A stretch of 64,000 nucleotides of DNA. Source: Bacillota bacterium. GTDB taxonomy: Bacteria > Planctomycetota > UBA8108 > UBA1146. A program made the position numbers and the translations under genes. Under the pieces are notes generated by a model. That model did no database searches. It saw only the letters and a list, made by a program, of their open reading frames with translations, and had not been told where the DNA came from. Location: contig QNYK01000010.1 of assembly GCA_003973385.1 (NCBI GenBank), positions 4,519 to 68,518 of the forward strand, read 5' to 3'. How positions within the stretch are numbered: the first letter of the stretch is position 1; each line of letters starts with the position of its first letter. Below, piece by piece: positions 13,453-22,430 of this stretch.

Positions 13453-16400
13453 CAGTCCATCACCTCCGTCAGCAGATACTCAGCAGACGGAAGATAAACC
13501 GACAGGGTCACATCGTCGAGAGCAGGTGTTACCAGAGCCTTGCCCGCAAAGGTACCAATTCCGGTTCCTGCACGCATCCTGAGTTCGTACGCCAGAAATC
13601 CGATGTTGAAGCGGCCAATAAAATCAGGGCTTCCCGTCGGGTACAGCCACCCCCCGGCGATCAACTGGTTATTACGGCCGCCATCGCCACGGATACCGCC
13701 TCCGGAATCTCCCAGTTGGCGGGCACTCTGCTGGCCATTGACGTTGATGACGCTCATCGTTTCGTCATTCCAATCGACCCGCTGTTGTGCGTACATCTTG
13801 GGCGAGTACATCGTCCAGGTCATGTTTCTCAGTCGCATACGCTGGATCCCATCGGGGAAGGGCACCATGAATGCTCCGGTGTAGATCCCTTCCTGGTCGG
13901 TGTAATAACCCTTCTGCCGGCTGTCATCCTGGGTGTACTGTCCAAGGTAAACGCGAAACTCATCGATGGTCGCATTCGCCAGTACGCGCTTGACCGAGGC
14001 TCCCTTGAGCAATCCCGTTGTCGTGTAGTTGGTTCCAAACTTGAACAGCCCCTCGGTGGCCACTGCCTGATCGCGGTGAAATCCAGCGATCTGGATCTGG
14101 TCCTTTGGCGCCTCCTCATTGAGAGCGCAGAACATCCCCTCGCCGATATTGTGATTGACGGCATCGACCGTTGTATGATCGACCCAGACACGGATTCCAT
14201 TGGTGGGAGAATTGTCATCATAAGCCACCGCCAGATGGTGCCACTCATGCGCCCGCCAATTCGAGATATCCACCGCCACATCAGTGCGAGCCCAGAACTT
14301 CTGAGGATCAGTTTCAGCTTCGTTGCCCTCCTCGACCTCATCCTGATTGCCGATCAGAGGGATGGCCTGGGCGGTGTATCCCTTGGCAAAAGCCTGGTGA
14401 TAGTAGAGGCGAGATACTCGAAGTTGCCCCTCCGTGTTCTTCCAGATCCAGAACTGGGAACCCTCGGAATCGGTGAGTTGCTGACCCACATTGGTCTGAA
14501 CCTGGGTGGCACCGATGAGTCCAGAAAAAGTAGGATCGTCGCCGTTGAACTCCATCTTGACCCAGAAAGAGACGGCTCCGTTGTAGTAGGGAAGATTTCC
14601 GATGTCATTGTTGTAGTTGCGGTTGACCGCCCCCTGATCGCTGGGATTCTGGCGATAGCGCTGGGCGGGCAGGCGCAGAAACCGACCTCCGAGAGCCGAA
14701 GTCCGGAACATGCTGCTATTGATGCCATCCGGCATCAGATCTGAATTCTGGGACGCCTCATCGACGAAAGGCTCGCCGATGTTCTCCTCCTCCACGGCAC
14801 TATCAGCGGCTCCCCAGACTGATTGGGAGTATCGCTGGCGGTAGATGGTGCCCTTCTGGCTGTATGTGGCATCCAGCACCTTGCCCAGTTCCTTGATCTT
14901 GGCTGTCGGATTGGAATTGGTCCGCATCAGGTTACCCAGCACGCGAAGTGATTCCTCGTCGCGGAAACGAAAGGTGTGCGCTAGCCGAAGCGTCGCTTCC
15001 CCCGACCATCGCGCAAGTCTCGCACTCGGATCCGATACCTGCATCACCGCATCGATCGCTCCGGAGAGTTCCACTCGGCCGTCCTGCCTCGATCCGGTGA
15101 AGAAGTCAGGATGCAGCGCGTCCATCGGATCGGGCCACGTGGTGATGTACTCCCGCGACCCGCCTCTGGCATTACTGGTGCGCCCGACTGCCCTGAACGG
15201 CTCCTCGAACTGCTCCTGGGTGGTATGATGATAAACTTCAAACACCTTCACGATGCTGCGCTGTTTCGATTCCGAGAAGACCTCGTTACTCGAGTTCCCT
15301 GCACCGGTGATCTCCGCAAGGCTGGTGATCTCGAAGATCCCCTTGCTGTCGAAGCAGAACTCGGTCGTGTGCCCCATCCTGACATCACTCCGGTCGCGAC
15401 CAGGGGGAAACTTGACGAGGTTCGATTTGTCGACCGCACGGTAAGCAGGAAAGTTTGGATTGACCTTGTTGATTCGAGTATTGGGATTGAAATTGGCGAT
15501 CAAGATCGAACGCATCATTTCGTAGTACCAGGCGTTATTTCGATCTGCAGGCAAACCCACATCCGAGCGCAGTCCCTGCTCCACCTGCGGAACTCCCCGC
15601 GTCCACAACTCGCGAGAACCCACATCATTGACGATCTTCGAGTAGTTGTTGTCTGTATTGGTCGATTGAGGGTTGATCACCCAGGCATTTTCGGCGTTGG
15701 GGAAGGGGAATATGTCCGGCGGCAGTCTATTGATGAAGTCCTCGAAGCCGATTTCTCCGCTGCCGACCGGCGCGGTCCAGAACTTGAAGGCTCGTTGCTT
15801 GCGCTGCCCGACGATCCCGCGAGCGATATTTCTGGCGACATCGTAGGTGAGAGGCTGAGAGTAGACCCAGACCGGAGTCTGTTGAATGCTCAGTTCCTCC
15901 CGCACTGGAGCCAATGTACCGCCACCAAAATCGATGGCTCCGACATTGCCACTCTCCAGCGATTGCGAGTTGATACTCATGTAGGGAAATGCTCGACGAC
16001 CACCCACTCCCTGCAAAGCGGCGATCAACAACGGTTCAGGGGCGGTATTGATGTTGATGGGAGCTCGCGGCTCCCCGACGACCTGAGCCGCACCGATGAC
16101 GGTCTGATTGCGCGGATCCTGAGGTAAATTTCGAGAGATCCCCGTGGCTCCCGCACCCTGACCCTGATTCGCCTGGCCCCCGACACGGTTGTTGACCTCT
16201 CGGCCGGCACCCGATCGTTGAGTGTATGGGTTGACCCAGGCATGAGCAGTGATGAAATCTGCGAGAAGGGCCAGGTTCTCGCGCCCGATCAGGGCTGCCA
16301 GCTCGGACTTTGAACTGAACAGCCCCCCGGGAAGGCGATTTCGAAATGCGATCACATCTTCGCCAAAAAGCTGCCGACCCGTTTCTCTCGGTCCGCTCCA

Positions 16401-16952
16401 CAGTGGATTTGTTCCGTAGCGAGTATCTTTCTCCAGGGCAGCCGCCAGATTGGTCAGCATCTGGGCCAGCGTATCCTGTCTGCCATTGATGTAGAGTTGC
16501 GCCGAGGTGTCGATCAACTTGACGCGGTAGCGGTCCTTGCCATCCGCTCCCCCGGCGATACCCGGGTAAGAACCCCGTGTCAGGTTGTCTCCGAGCGAGG
16601 TCTCATCCGGGGGCGCATGACGCAGATCGAGGATTCCTCCGATCCTCGACTCGCCATCGCCTCCTGTGATGCCGTAGATCCACGGAGCCCGAGCTCGGCT
16701 GGAAACGACGTATCCTTCCCAGAAGGGGCGACTCCTGAGCATCGAGATCACCTCGGACTCGGCTGAAGCGGACAGCAACTGGGCCTTGTTATGATCCCGG
16801 AAATTCTCGGTTGCTTTCAGTTCAAGGCGCATCAGAGCCACGAAAGTGACCGCGATGATCGAGATCAGTGTCAGCACAGCCAGTGCGATGAGCAACATCG
16901 ACCCGCGCTCGCGACAGGCGGGGCCATTCACCTCAGGCGTCTCTGGAAACAT
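13452..16952 (-). CDS. Giant (~1166 aa) GspK-like pseudopilin-domain protein with C-terminal LamG/concanavalin-A-like domain
   Basis: N-terminal hydrophobic segment MLLIALAVLTLISIIAVTFVALMRLE is like the T2SS minor pseudopilin GspK N-terminus. Motif ININTAPEPLLIAALQGVGG resembles the GspK helix-hairpin-helix (NxNTAs) region. The C-terminal WRAHEWHHLAVAYDDNSPTNGIRVWVDHTTVD resembles a LamG/ConA-like fold. The ATG at 16952 is preceded by GAGGAGAGGGAAAGGGAAACC, and an alternative TTG lies at 16979. Confidence 0.6.
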   Translation of the reverse strand: MFPETPEVNGPACRERGSMLLIALAVLTLISIIAVTFVALMRLELKATENFRDHNKAQLLSASAESEVISMLRSRPFWEGYVVSSRARAPWIYGITGGDGESRIGGILDLRHAPPDETSLGDNLTRGSYPGIAGGADGKDRYRVKLIDTSAQLYINGRQDTLAQMLTNLAAALEKDTRYGTNPLWSGPRETGRQLFGEDVIAFRNRLPGGLFSSKSELAALIGRENLALLADFITAHAWVNPYTQRSGAGREVNNRVGGQANQGQGAGATGISRNLPQDPRNQTVIGAAQVVGEPRAPININTAPEPLLIAALQGVGGRRAFPYMSINSQSLESGNVGAIDFGGGTLAPVREELSIQQTPVWVYSQPLTYDVARNIARGIVGQRKQRAFKFWTAPVGSGEIGFEDFINRLPPDIFPFPNAENAWVINPQSTNTDNNYSKIVNDVGSRELWTRGVPQVEQGLRSDVGLPADRNNAWYYEMMRSILIANFNPNTRINKVNPNFPAYRAVDKSNLVKFPPGRDRSDVRMGHTTEFCFDSKGIFEITSLAEITGAGNSSNEVFSESKQRSIVKVFEVYHHTTQEQFEEPFRAVGRTSNARGGSREYITTWPDPMDALHPDFFTGSRQDGRVELSGAIDAVMQVSDPSARLARWSGEATLRLAHTFRFRDEESLRVLGNLMRTNSNPTAKIKELGKVLDATYSQKGTIYRQRYSQSVWGAADSAVEEENIGEPFVDEASQNSDLMPDGINSSMFRTSALGGRFLRLPAQRYRQNPSDQGAVNRNYNNDIGNLPYYNGAVSFWVKMEFNGDDPTFSGLIGATQVQTNVGQQLTDSEGSQFWIWKNTEGQLRVSRLYYHQAFAKGYTAQAIPLIGNQDEVEEGNEAETDPQKFWARTDVAVDISNWRAHEWHHLAVAYDDNSPTNGIRVWVDHTTVDAVNHNIGEGMFCALNEEAPKDQIQIAGFHRDQAVATEGLFKFGTNYTTTGLLKGASVKRVLANATIDEFRVYLGQYTQDDSRQKGYYTDQEGIYTGAFMVPFPDGIQRMRLRNMTWTMYSPKMYAQQRVDWNDETMSVINVNGQQSARQLGDSGGGIRGDGGRNNQLIAGGWLYPTGSPDFIGRFNIGFLAYELRMRAGTGIGTFAGKALVTPALDDVTLSVYLPSAEYLLTEVMD

Positions 16953-16984
16953 GGTTTCCCTTTCCCTCTCCTCGGGCAATCCCC

Positions 16985-17007
16985 GTGAAGCACCGATGAC
17001 GCTTCAC
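16985..17007 (-). promoter_or_regulatory. Stem-loop (7-bp stem GTGAAGC/GCTTCAC, 9-nt loop) between the recA stop and the giant-gene start. No U-tract, so possibly a partial terminator or an RNA processing/attenuation element.
   Basis: A perfect inverted repeat was read directly in the sequence 19-40 nt downstream of the recA stop and overlapping the upstream region of the giant gene. Confidence 0.3.
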
Positions 17008-17025
17008 AAGGCCACTGCGATCGAC

Positions 17026-18189
17026 CTAGGCTTCCACCTCTGCCGGCGCAGTTTTCGTATCACCGGTCGTATCACCGGTCGTATCACCGGTCTTATCACC
17101 GGTCTCGTTACCATCTCCGAAGAAGCGCTGGCGTAGTTCGGTATCGAGACGGCCGGAGAGTTCTGGATGATCCCTCAGGAACTGGACAGCGCGCTCACGC
17201 CCCTGTCCGATCCGCTCCTTGCCGAGCGAGTACCAGGTTCCCGCCCTGCTCACCAGTCCCTCCTCCACACCGAGGTCGAGTATGTCTCCGTGATAGGAGA
17301 TCCCGACATTGAATATGATGTCGAACTCGGCCTTTCGAAATGGCGGGGCCATCTTGTTCTTGACGACCTTGACGACGGTACGGTTCCCACTCACATCGCC
17401 ATCGGTCTTGATGGAGCCGATACGGCGGATGTCGAGACGAATCGACGCATAGAACTTCAGCGCTCGTCCACCGGAAGTGGTCTCAGGACTGCCAAACATG
17501 ACACCGATCTTCTCGCGGATCTGATTGATGAAGACCACGGTGGTCTTGGAACGATGGATGACGCCAGTCAACTTTCGCAACGCCTGACTCATCAGTCGGG
17601 CCTGCAAGCCCATATGCGAATCCCCCATCGATCCTTCCAGTTCAGCTCGCGGAACCAGCGCTGCCACCGAATCGATGACGACGATATCCACGGCGCTCGA
17701 GGCCACCAGCATCTCGCAGATCTCGAGTGCCTGCTCACCACTGTCGGGCTGTGAGACGAGCAGATTATCCAGATCGACGCCGAGTTTCTCTGCATAGGTG
17801 GGATCGAGTGCATGCTCGGCATCGATGAAGGCCGCAACGCCACCATTCTTCTGAGCATTGGCGATGGCGTGCAGGGTCAGGGTCGTCTTTCCGGAGGCCT
17901 CCGGTCCATACACCTCGACCACTCTCGCACGAGGCAAGCCACCGATCCCCAGTGCTTTGTCGAGGGAAAGTGATCCGGTCCTGATCACATCGACCTTTCT
18001 CGACTCCTTGTCCCCCAGCATCATGATCGCACCCTGGCCGCATTTCTTGTGGATCTGCTGCAGGGCGAAGTCGAGCGCTTGCTTGCGCTGTGCGTCGAGT
18101 CCCTTGATTGAATCGGTCAGCGAAGGCTCAGCAGCCTCGGTCGATTTCTTGCTCGCTGAAGCGCGCGTCTTGCGTTGTCTGTCTACCAT
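17026..18189 (-). CDS. recA: Recombinase A with N-terminal extension and C-terminal Gly/Asp/Thr repeat tail
   Basis: [65 protein letters not shown] matches Walker A, L1/L2 and the RecA core. The ATG at 18189 is preceded by GGAGGAG. The C-terminus [16 protein letters not shown] is encoded by a 12-bp tandem repeat. Confidence 0.9.
   Translation of the reverse strand: MVDRQRKTRASASKKSTEAAEPSLTDSIKGLDAQRKQALDFALQQIHKKCGQGAIMMLGDKESRKVDVIRTGSLSLDKALGIGGLPRARVVEVYGPEASGKTTLTLHAIANAQKNGGVAAFIDAEHALDPTYAEKLGVDLDNLLVSQPDSGEQALEICEMLVASSAVDIVVIDSVAALVPRAELEGSMGDSHMGLQARLMSQALRKLTGVIHRSKTTVVFINQIREKIGVMFGSPETTSGGRALKFYASIRLDIRRIGSIKTDGDVSGNRTVVKVVKNKMAPPFRKAEFDIIFNVGISYHGDILDLGVEEGLVSRAGTWYSLGKERIGQGRERAVQFLRDHPELSGRLDTELRQRFFGDGNETGDKTGDTTGDTTGDTKTAPAEVEA
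17059..17106. repeat. 12-bp tandem repeat (ATCACCGGTCGT x4) encoding the RecA C-terminal GDTT repeat tail
   Basis: Four head-to-tail copies were read directly, in frame, inside the recA 3' end. Confidence 0.8.
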
Positions 18190-18304
18190 CTCACTCCTCC
18201 ATCCTGGCCCGAGATTCCGGCTCTCGCCGGTGGCCTTCATTCCCCCTGGAATTGTTCTCGCCTGTTGTTCGCATCATCATCTTCATCGATTCCACGGGGC
18301 TGAC

Positions 18305-18817
18305 TCAGTGGGAGCCATCCTCCCCGCTTGCTTCTTGTTGCAACGCATCGATTTCTTGTTGCAACGCCTCACGTGCTGCGTCCATCACTCGCGGACGGCC
18401 GAGTACGCGATGTCTCTGGAACTCCTCGGTTCCGTCTCGGTAGAGATCTCCTCGCTCGAGCAGCCGCTGTCGTGCCAGATCCACCTCGAATCCGGAGTTC
18501 CAGGGAATCTGCTGGAGCAGATGCAGTTGTTCCGGAGTCAGACCGCCACCCCGTGCACGAAGCCACTGCAACTGTGACCGAGCGTGCTGGGCGGGTGTAC
18601 TCCCGTTCGGTTGGGGAGCGGCACGGTAAGTCGACTGCTGACGTCCGCCGGCACAGCCGCTCGTGAATATCGGCAGCAACAGCAGCGCCACGCCACATGC
18701 CAACGATACCCATGTCGAGCTAGCCCTCCAGTTTGACCACGGATCGGATGTCAGACGCTTCACGCTGTATCCACTCCATTCCTGGAAAAACTGGACCCGC
18801 CGATTCGATGACCACAA
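18305..18817 (-). CDS. Hypothetical lipoprotein (lipobox-like FTSGC), upstream of recA
   Basis: Hydrophobic stretch VALLLLPIFTSGC followed by a Gln/Arg-rich soluble part. The true start may be internal (long n-region). Confidence 0.4.
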   Translation of the reverse strand: MWSSNRRVQFFQEWSGYSVKRLTSDPWSNWRASSTWVSLACGVALLLLPIFTSGCAGGRQQSTYRAAPQPNGSTPAQHARSQLQWLRARGGGLTPEQLHLLQQIPWNSGFEVDLARQRLLERGDLYRDGTEEFQRHRVLGRPRVMDAAREALQQEIDALQQEASGEDGSH

Positions 18818-19149
18818 GCAGACGCGATCGAAACCCGATCACGCAGCACCATCCTCGCGCCTTGCCATCGCCACGCAGTACCAACCCAGCGCCGTGAGGG
18901 CGCTGATTCATCACTGATCAGGAGGCTCGATCTCACGACCAAACCACCGGCATCAGATGTACCTACAGGGAGCGATCGAGGCTCTCGGGTGGATCCAGGG
19001 GACACCGGCTCCAGCCCCATTTTGCACTGCCTTGGGGTCGCTGTCAAAGCAGCGTATCGAGGCGATTCGTGACCGCCAGAGACCGATGGGCCCGGAAACG
19101 GCCATACCCCCGGTAACAGGTGGGAACCAGGGAGAGTCGCCGGCGGCGG

Positions 19150-19728
19150 CTAGAAGCGTCTCGGAAACAGGTTCGATCCACCGCCATAGGCGTGAGCGAT
19201 GCGGAGAATCGCGTCCATCACCTGCTCCTCGATGGATTCGAGGGTACGCAGGCCCGTCTCGGTATCGAGGCCGATCGCATCGTCGATCTGCTCGGAGAGC
19301 TGGCCTGCTGTATCAAAGAGCTGGATGATGAACTGGAGACTGGTCGGGCGATCGATCTGATCGGGGATGCATTCGATCAACTGCTCCAGATCCCCAGCCG
19401 TGACCTTCTCGGCGGCGGCGTTGGCAGCGAGCCCGGGTCGATGGATCGCCACCGTCAGACCTCGCAGCGGCAGTCCTGAGCGATTGAGGATGGAGTGGGG
19501 GGTGCCGGCGGGCACCATCACGGCATTGCCAGGCAGCAGATCGACCCGTTGCTCGCGCAATTGGACCAGTCCATGGCCCTCGAGCGAGATCACCATCTCC
19601 TCCTGGGCAGCGTGCTCGAACAGCGGCGTGCTCTCTCCGTGCTGAAGTGTCACTTCCCACAGTTCCAGGATACGGCTCGGGGAGGTGGCGTTGGGGTCGT
19701 CCAGGCGCTTCCAGGGTCGAATCTTCAT
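19150..19728 (-). CDS. Cupin-domain protein
   Basis: Cupin-like core (PLFEHAAQEEMVISLEGHGLV...GNAVMVPAGTPHSILN). The ATG at 19728 is preceded by GGAGGGA. The 21 upstream codons of the track ORF were rejected. Confidence 0.55.
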   Translation of the reverse strand: MKIRPWKRLDDPNATSPSRILELWEVTLQHGESTPLFEHAAQEEMVISLEGHGLVQLREQRVDLLPGNAVMVPAGTPHSILNRSGLPLRGLTVAIHRPGLAANAAAEKVTAGDLEQLIECIPDQIDRPTSLQFIIQLFDTAGQLSEQIDDAIGLDTETGLRTLESIEEQVMDAILRIAHAYGGGSNLFPRRF

Positions 19729-19842
19729 GGTGTACTCCCTCCGGAGAATCTCTCCGAAGAAGAATCCGATGAAATCGCCCCTGAGGTCCACTCCCGAGCC
19801 ACCGCAGTCTGATCTGCGAATCCGGGATCGATCCCAATCGCC

Positions 19843-20799
19843 TCAGGAAGGCCTCATGAGGACCTTCAGCACTCCAACCTCTGCCGCCCGCGAGAGCGCT
19901 GCCGGACCCTCTCCCAGGTCGTACACGGCGTCGATCAGATCGCGCGGGTCGATGCTACCCCCGGCCAGTGCCGCCAGCGCCGGAGCGAAGGGCCCACAGC
20001 GAGAACCGACCAGTTCGATCTCATCGACCACCAGTGCCGACGCGTCGCACTGCAACTGGCCGGCATAGGTGCTCTTCATCACCAGCGTCCCCAGCGGTCG
20101 AAGTGCCTGACGGGCGGCCTCGAATCCCGTCGAGTTGCCGCTGCACTCGATCGCCACATCGTACTGGCCCCCAACGACGGCCCGGGAATCGGTCGTGGTC
20201 TCGATACCGAGCCGGGTCAGCAGGGCCAGTTTGCGCTCGTGACGTCCCAGTACCGTCAGTGACACGCCGTGCCTCGACAGCACCCGCGCCACCAGTTGCC
20301 CCAGTCTTCCATCGCCCACCACCAGGCAGCGCACTGCCGGCGTCAGGTCGATCTGCTCGGGGATTCGCATCGCCGCCGCCAGCGGCTCGGTGAAGACGCT
20401 GCACTCATCGGGCACGCCATCGGGAACCTCGTGCAGATTGCGAGCCGGAAGCAAGAAGGAGTCGGCGAAGCAGCCGTCACGGCCGACGATGCCGAGCACG
20501 GTCCGCTCCGGGCAGTGGTGGCCACGCCCCGCCTGGCACGGCAGACAGTGACCACAGGGGGCATTGATCTCGCCCACCACCTTCTTGCCGAGCCATCGAT
20601 CCGGTCCCTCCTCGACGACGCCGACGAACTCATGACCGAGCACCCCGGTGAAGGGATAGTAGCCCGCCTTCAGTTCCAGATCGGTACCACAGACCCCCAG
20701 CAGCGTCGGACGGATGCGCACCTCATCATCGCAGACATCACCCGCGGGCAGATCATCGCGTAGGGTGACCGTTCCCTGCTCCAGGTAGATACCGCGCAT
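19843..20799 (-). CDS. Zinc-dependent medium-chain alcohol dehydrogenase (threonine/sorbitol dehydrogenase-like)
   Basis: Structural zinc motif CGHCLPCQAGRGHHC, catalytic GHEFVG, and Rossmann VVGDGRLGQL. The ATG is at 20799. Confidence 0.75.
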   Translation of the reverse strand: MRGIYLEQGTVTLRDDLPAGDVCDDEVRIRPTLLGVCGTDLELKAGYYPFTGVLGHEFVGVVEEGPDRWLGKKVVGEINAPCGHCLPCQAGRGHHCPERTVLGIVGRDGCFADSFLLPARNLHEVPDGVPDECSVFTEPLAAAMRIPEQIDLTPAVRCLVVGDGRLGQLVARVLSRHGVSLTVLGRHERKLALLTRLGIETTTDSRAVVGGQYDVAIECSGNSTGFEAARQALRPLGTLVMKSTYAGQLQCDASALVVDEIELVGSRCGPFAPALAALAGGSIDPRDLIDAVYDLGEGPAALSRAAEVGVLKVLMRPS

Positions 20800-20892
20800 G
20801 GTGAGATCCTTCCGCCAGTACGAGCGAAGCATCCTGCCCTCTCACCCACCCCTCGCCAACAGGAATTGCCCCGACCCGACCCACCGGGAAGG

Positions 20893-21040
20893 ATCGCTCT
20901 GCGGACGACGCAGGATGTTTGTCGCTCCCCTGATGGGGTGGGGAATAAAGTGTGGGTCCTGCAGGATCGCTCTGCGGGCGACGTAGGATGTTTGTCACTC
21001 CCCGGATGGGGTTGAGGAAAAAAAGTGTGGGTCCTGCAGG
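20893..21040. repeat. Two tandem ~75-bp direct repeats, each ending in a copy of the 3' terminal 13 nt of tRNA-Met plus 3 flanking nt. The last copy is the real tRNA 3' end. Each unit contains a small hairpin (CTGCGGACGACGCAG).
   Basis: 20893-20965 and 20966-21040 align with ~90% identity. Both end in GTGTGGGTCCTGCAGG, the reverse complement of the tRNA acceptor/T-stem 3' end. Confidence 0.8.
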
Positions 21041-21101
21041 ACTCGAACCTGCGACCAACGGATTATGAGTCCGTCGCTCTAACCAGCTGAGCTAAGGACC
21101 C
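21028..21101 (-). tRNA. tRNA-Met (anticodon CAT, elongator type; could alternatively be the lysidine tRNA-Ile2)
   Basis: The reverse complement reads GGGTCCTTAGCTCAGCTGGTTAGAGCGACGGACTCATAATCCGTTGGTCGCAGGTTCGAGTCCTGCAGGACCCA. It has a clean cloverleaf, a CUCAUAA anticodon loop and a G1:C72 pair. Confidence 0.85.
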
Positions 21102-21233
21102 ACCGATCCTTCATCGTTCCAGTTCCATCATGATCCAGTGCCGCCACCTCGATGCGGCCAGCAGCACAGGATGGCGTTTTGACGGCGGCGGAACAAGGGC
21201 AGGTTGGCCACTCCCGTATCGGTCCCTCAGATG

Positions 21234-22427
21234 TCAGGCCTCGAGCCGGATGCGCCCCAGCGATTCCTCCAGCGTCGCCACCACGTCGTCGATCTGGGCC
21301 GGCTTCAATCGGGGATGCAGCGGCAAAGCGAGCATCCTCGGCGAGATCTGATCGGTGACGGGAAGCGCTGCCGATGGGGCCTCGTCGTAGGGAGCAAAGG
21401 TGGCGATGGAGGGGAAGTAGAGACCGGTCTCGATGCCGTGCTCGGCCATCGCCTCGCGCAACGGATCTCGCCAGCGGCCATCTTCGAGCAGCACGACGAA
21501 GGCAAACCAGCTGCGACGGTCTCCCTCGCCGGAGATGGTCGGCGTCGGCGCAGCAACGACTCCCGGGATCGCCTCGATCCGCTCCAGGTACAGATCAGCC
21601 AGATGCTGACGTCGTTCGATCAGAGCGTCGAGTCGAAGCCACTGGCTGGCACCGAGCGCCGCCTGCATCTCTGTCAGGCGGAAGTTGTAGCCCTCCCCCT
21701 CGAAACTGAAGCCGGCAGCGGTGCGACCCTGATTGGCCAGTTGCCGCACGCGATCGGCGAGAGACGGATCGCGACAGCTGACCAGCCCCCCCTCGCCCAT
21801 CGTGATGATCTTGTTGGGGTAAAAGCCGAACACGGCGGCATCGGCGGCGGCGCCGCAGGGGCTGTCGCCGTGGCGAGAACCGAGCGCCTCGCAGGCATCT
21901 TCTATGACGGGAACATCGTGATGCTTCGCCCACTCGACGATGGCGTCGATGGGAACCTGGACTCCGAGCAGATCGACCGGGATCACGGCGCTGACATCGT
22001 CACTCCACGCCGCATCCAGCTGCTCGACGCCAGCACAGAGGGTCTCGGGGTCGACATCGCAGAAGCGAGGCGTGGCACCGACGGCGCGGATGGCGTGGGC
22101 CGTGGCGATGAATCCGAGCGCCGGCGTGATCACCTCGCCGCCGGAAACACCGAGAGCACGCAGTGCCAGGATCAGACCTGCGGTACCACTGCTGCAGGCG
22201 ACGGTGGGTCGGCCGAAGGTGTCAGAGGCGAGTTGTTCCAGTTGCTCGGTTGCCGGACCACCAGCGAGTCGGCCGCTACACAGCACTCGATCGACCGCCG
22301 CACGGTCGTCGTGATCGATGTCAGGAGATGAAAGAGAGATGCGCCAGTTGTCTACAACGCCATCGCGGGCGGATCCCACAGCCGTGGGATCGATGGGAAT
22401 CGAGGTGGGATCCTCGACCGGCATCAC
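21234..22427 (-). CDS. DegT/DnrJ/EryC1/StrS-family PLP-dependent sugar aminotransferase
   Basis: DIDHDDRAAVDRVLCSGRLAGGPATEQLEQ... is the typical DegT N-terminus. The body fits aspartate-aminotransferase fold type I. The start is probably a few codons inside the track ORF. Confidence 0.7.
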   Translation of the reverse strand: MMPVEDPTSIPIDPTAVGSARDGVVDNWRISLSSPDIDHDDRAAVDRVLCSGRLAGGPATEQLEQLASDTFGRPTVACSSGTAGLILALRALGVSGGEVITPALGFIATAHAIRAVGATPRFCDVDPETLCAGVEQLDAAWSDDVSAVIPVDLLGVQVPIDAIVEWAKHHDVPVIEDACEALGSRHGDSPCGAAADAAVFGFYPNKIITMGEGGLVSCRDPSLADRVRQLANQGRTAAGFSFEGEGYNFRLTEMQAALGASQWLRLDALIERRQHLADLYLERIEAIPGVVAAPTPTISGEGDRRSWFAFVVLLEDGRWRDPLREAMAEHGIETGLYFPSIATFAPYDEAPSAALPVTDQISPRMLALPLHPRLKPAQIDDVVATLEESLGRIRLEA

Positions 22428-22430
22428 CGG

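Noticed and set aside
18957-19328. 123-aa plus-strand ORF in the 333-bp intergenic interval
   Set aside because: It is Arg/Gly/Pro-rich low complexity with no RBS or start context, and was probably generated by GC skew.
21204-22331. 375-aa plus-strand ORF antisense to the DegT aminotransferase
   Set aside because: It has no domain signatures and an Arg/Gly/Asp-rich composition. The minus-strand ORF has a clear DegT-family sequence.
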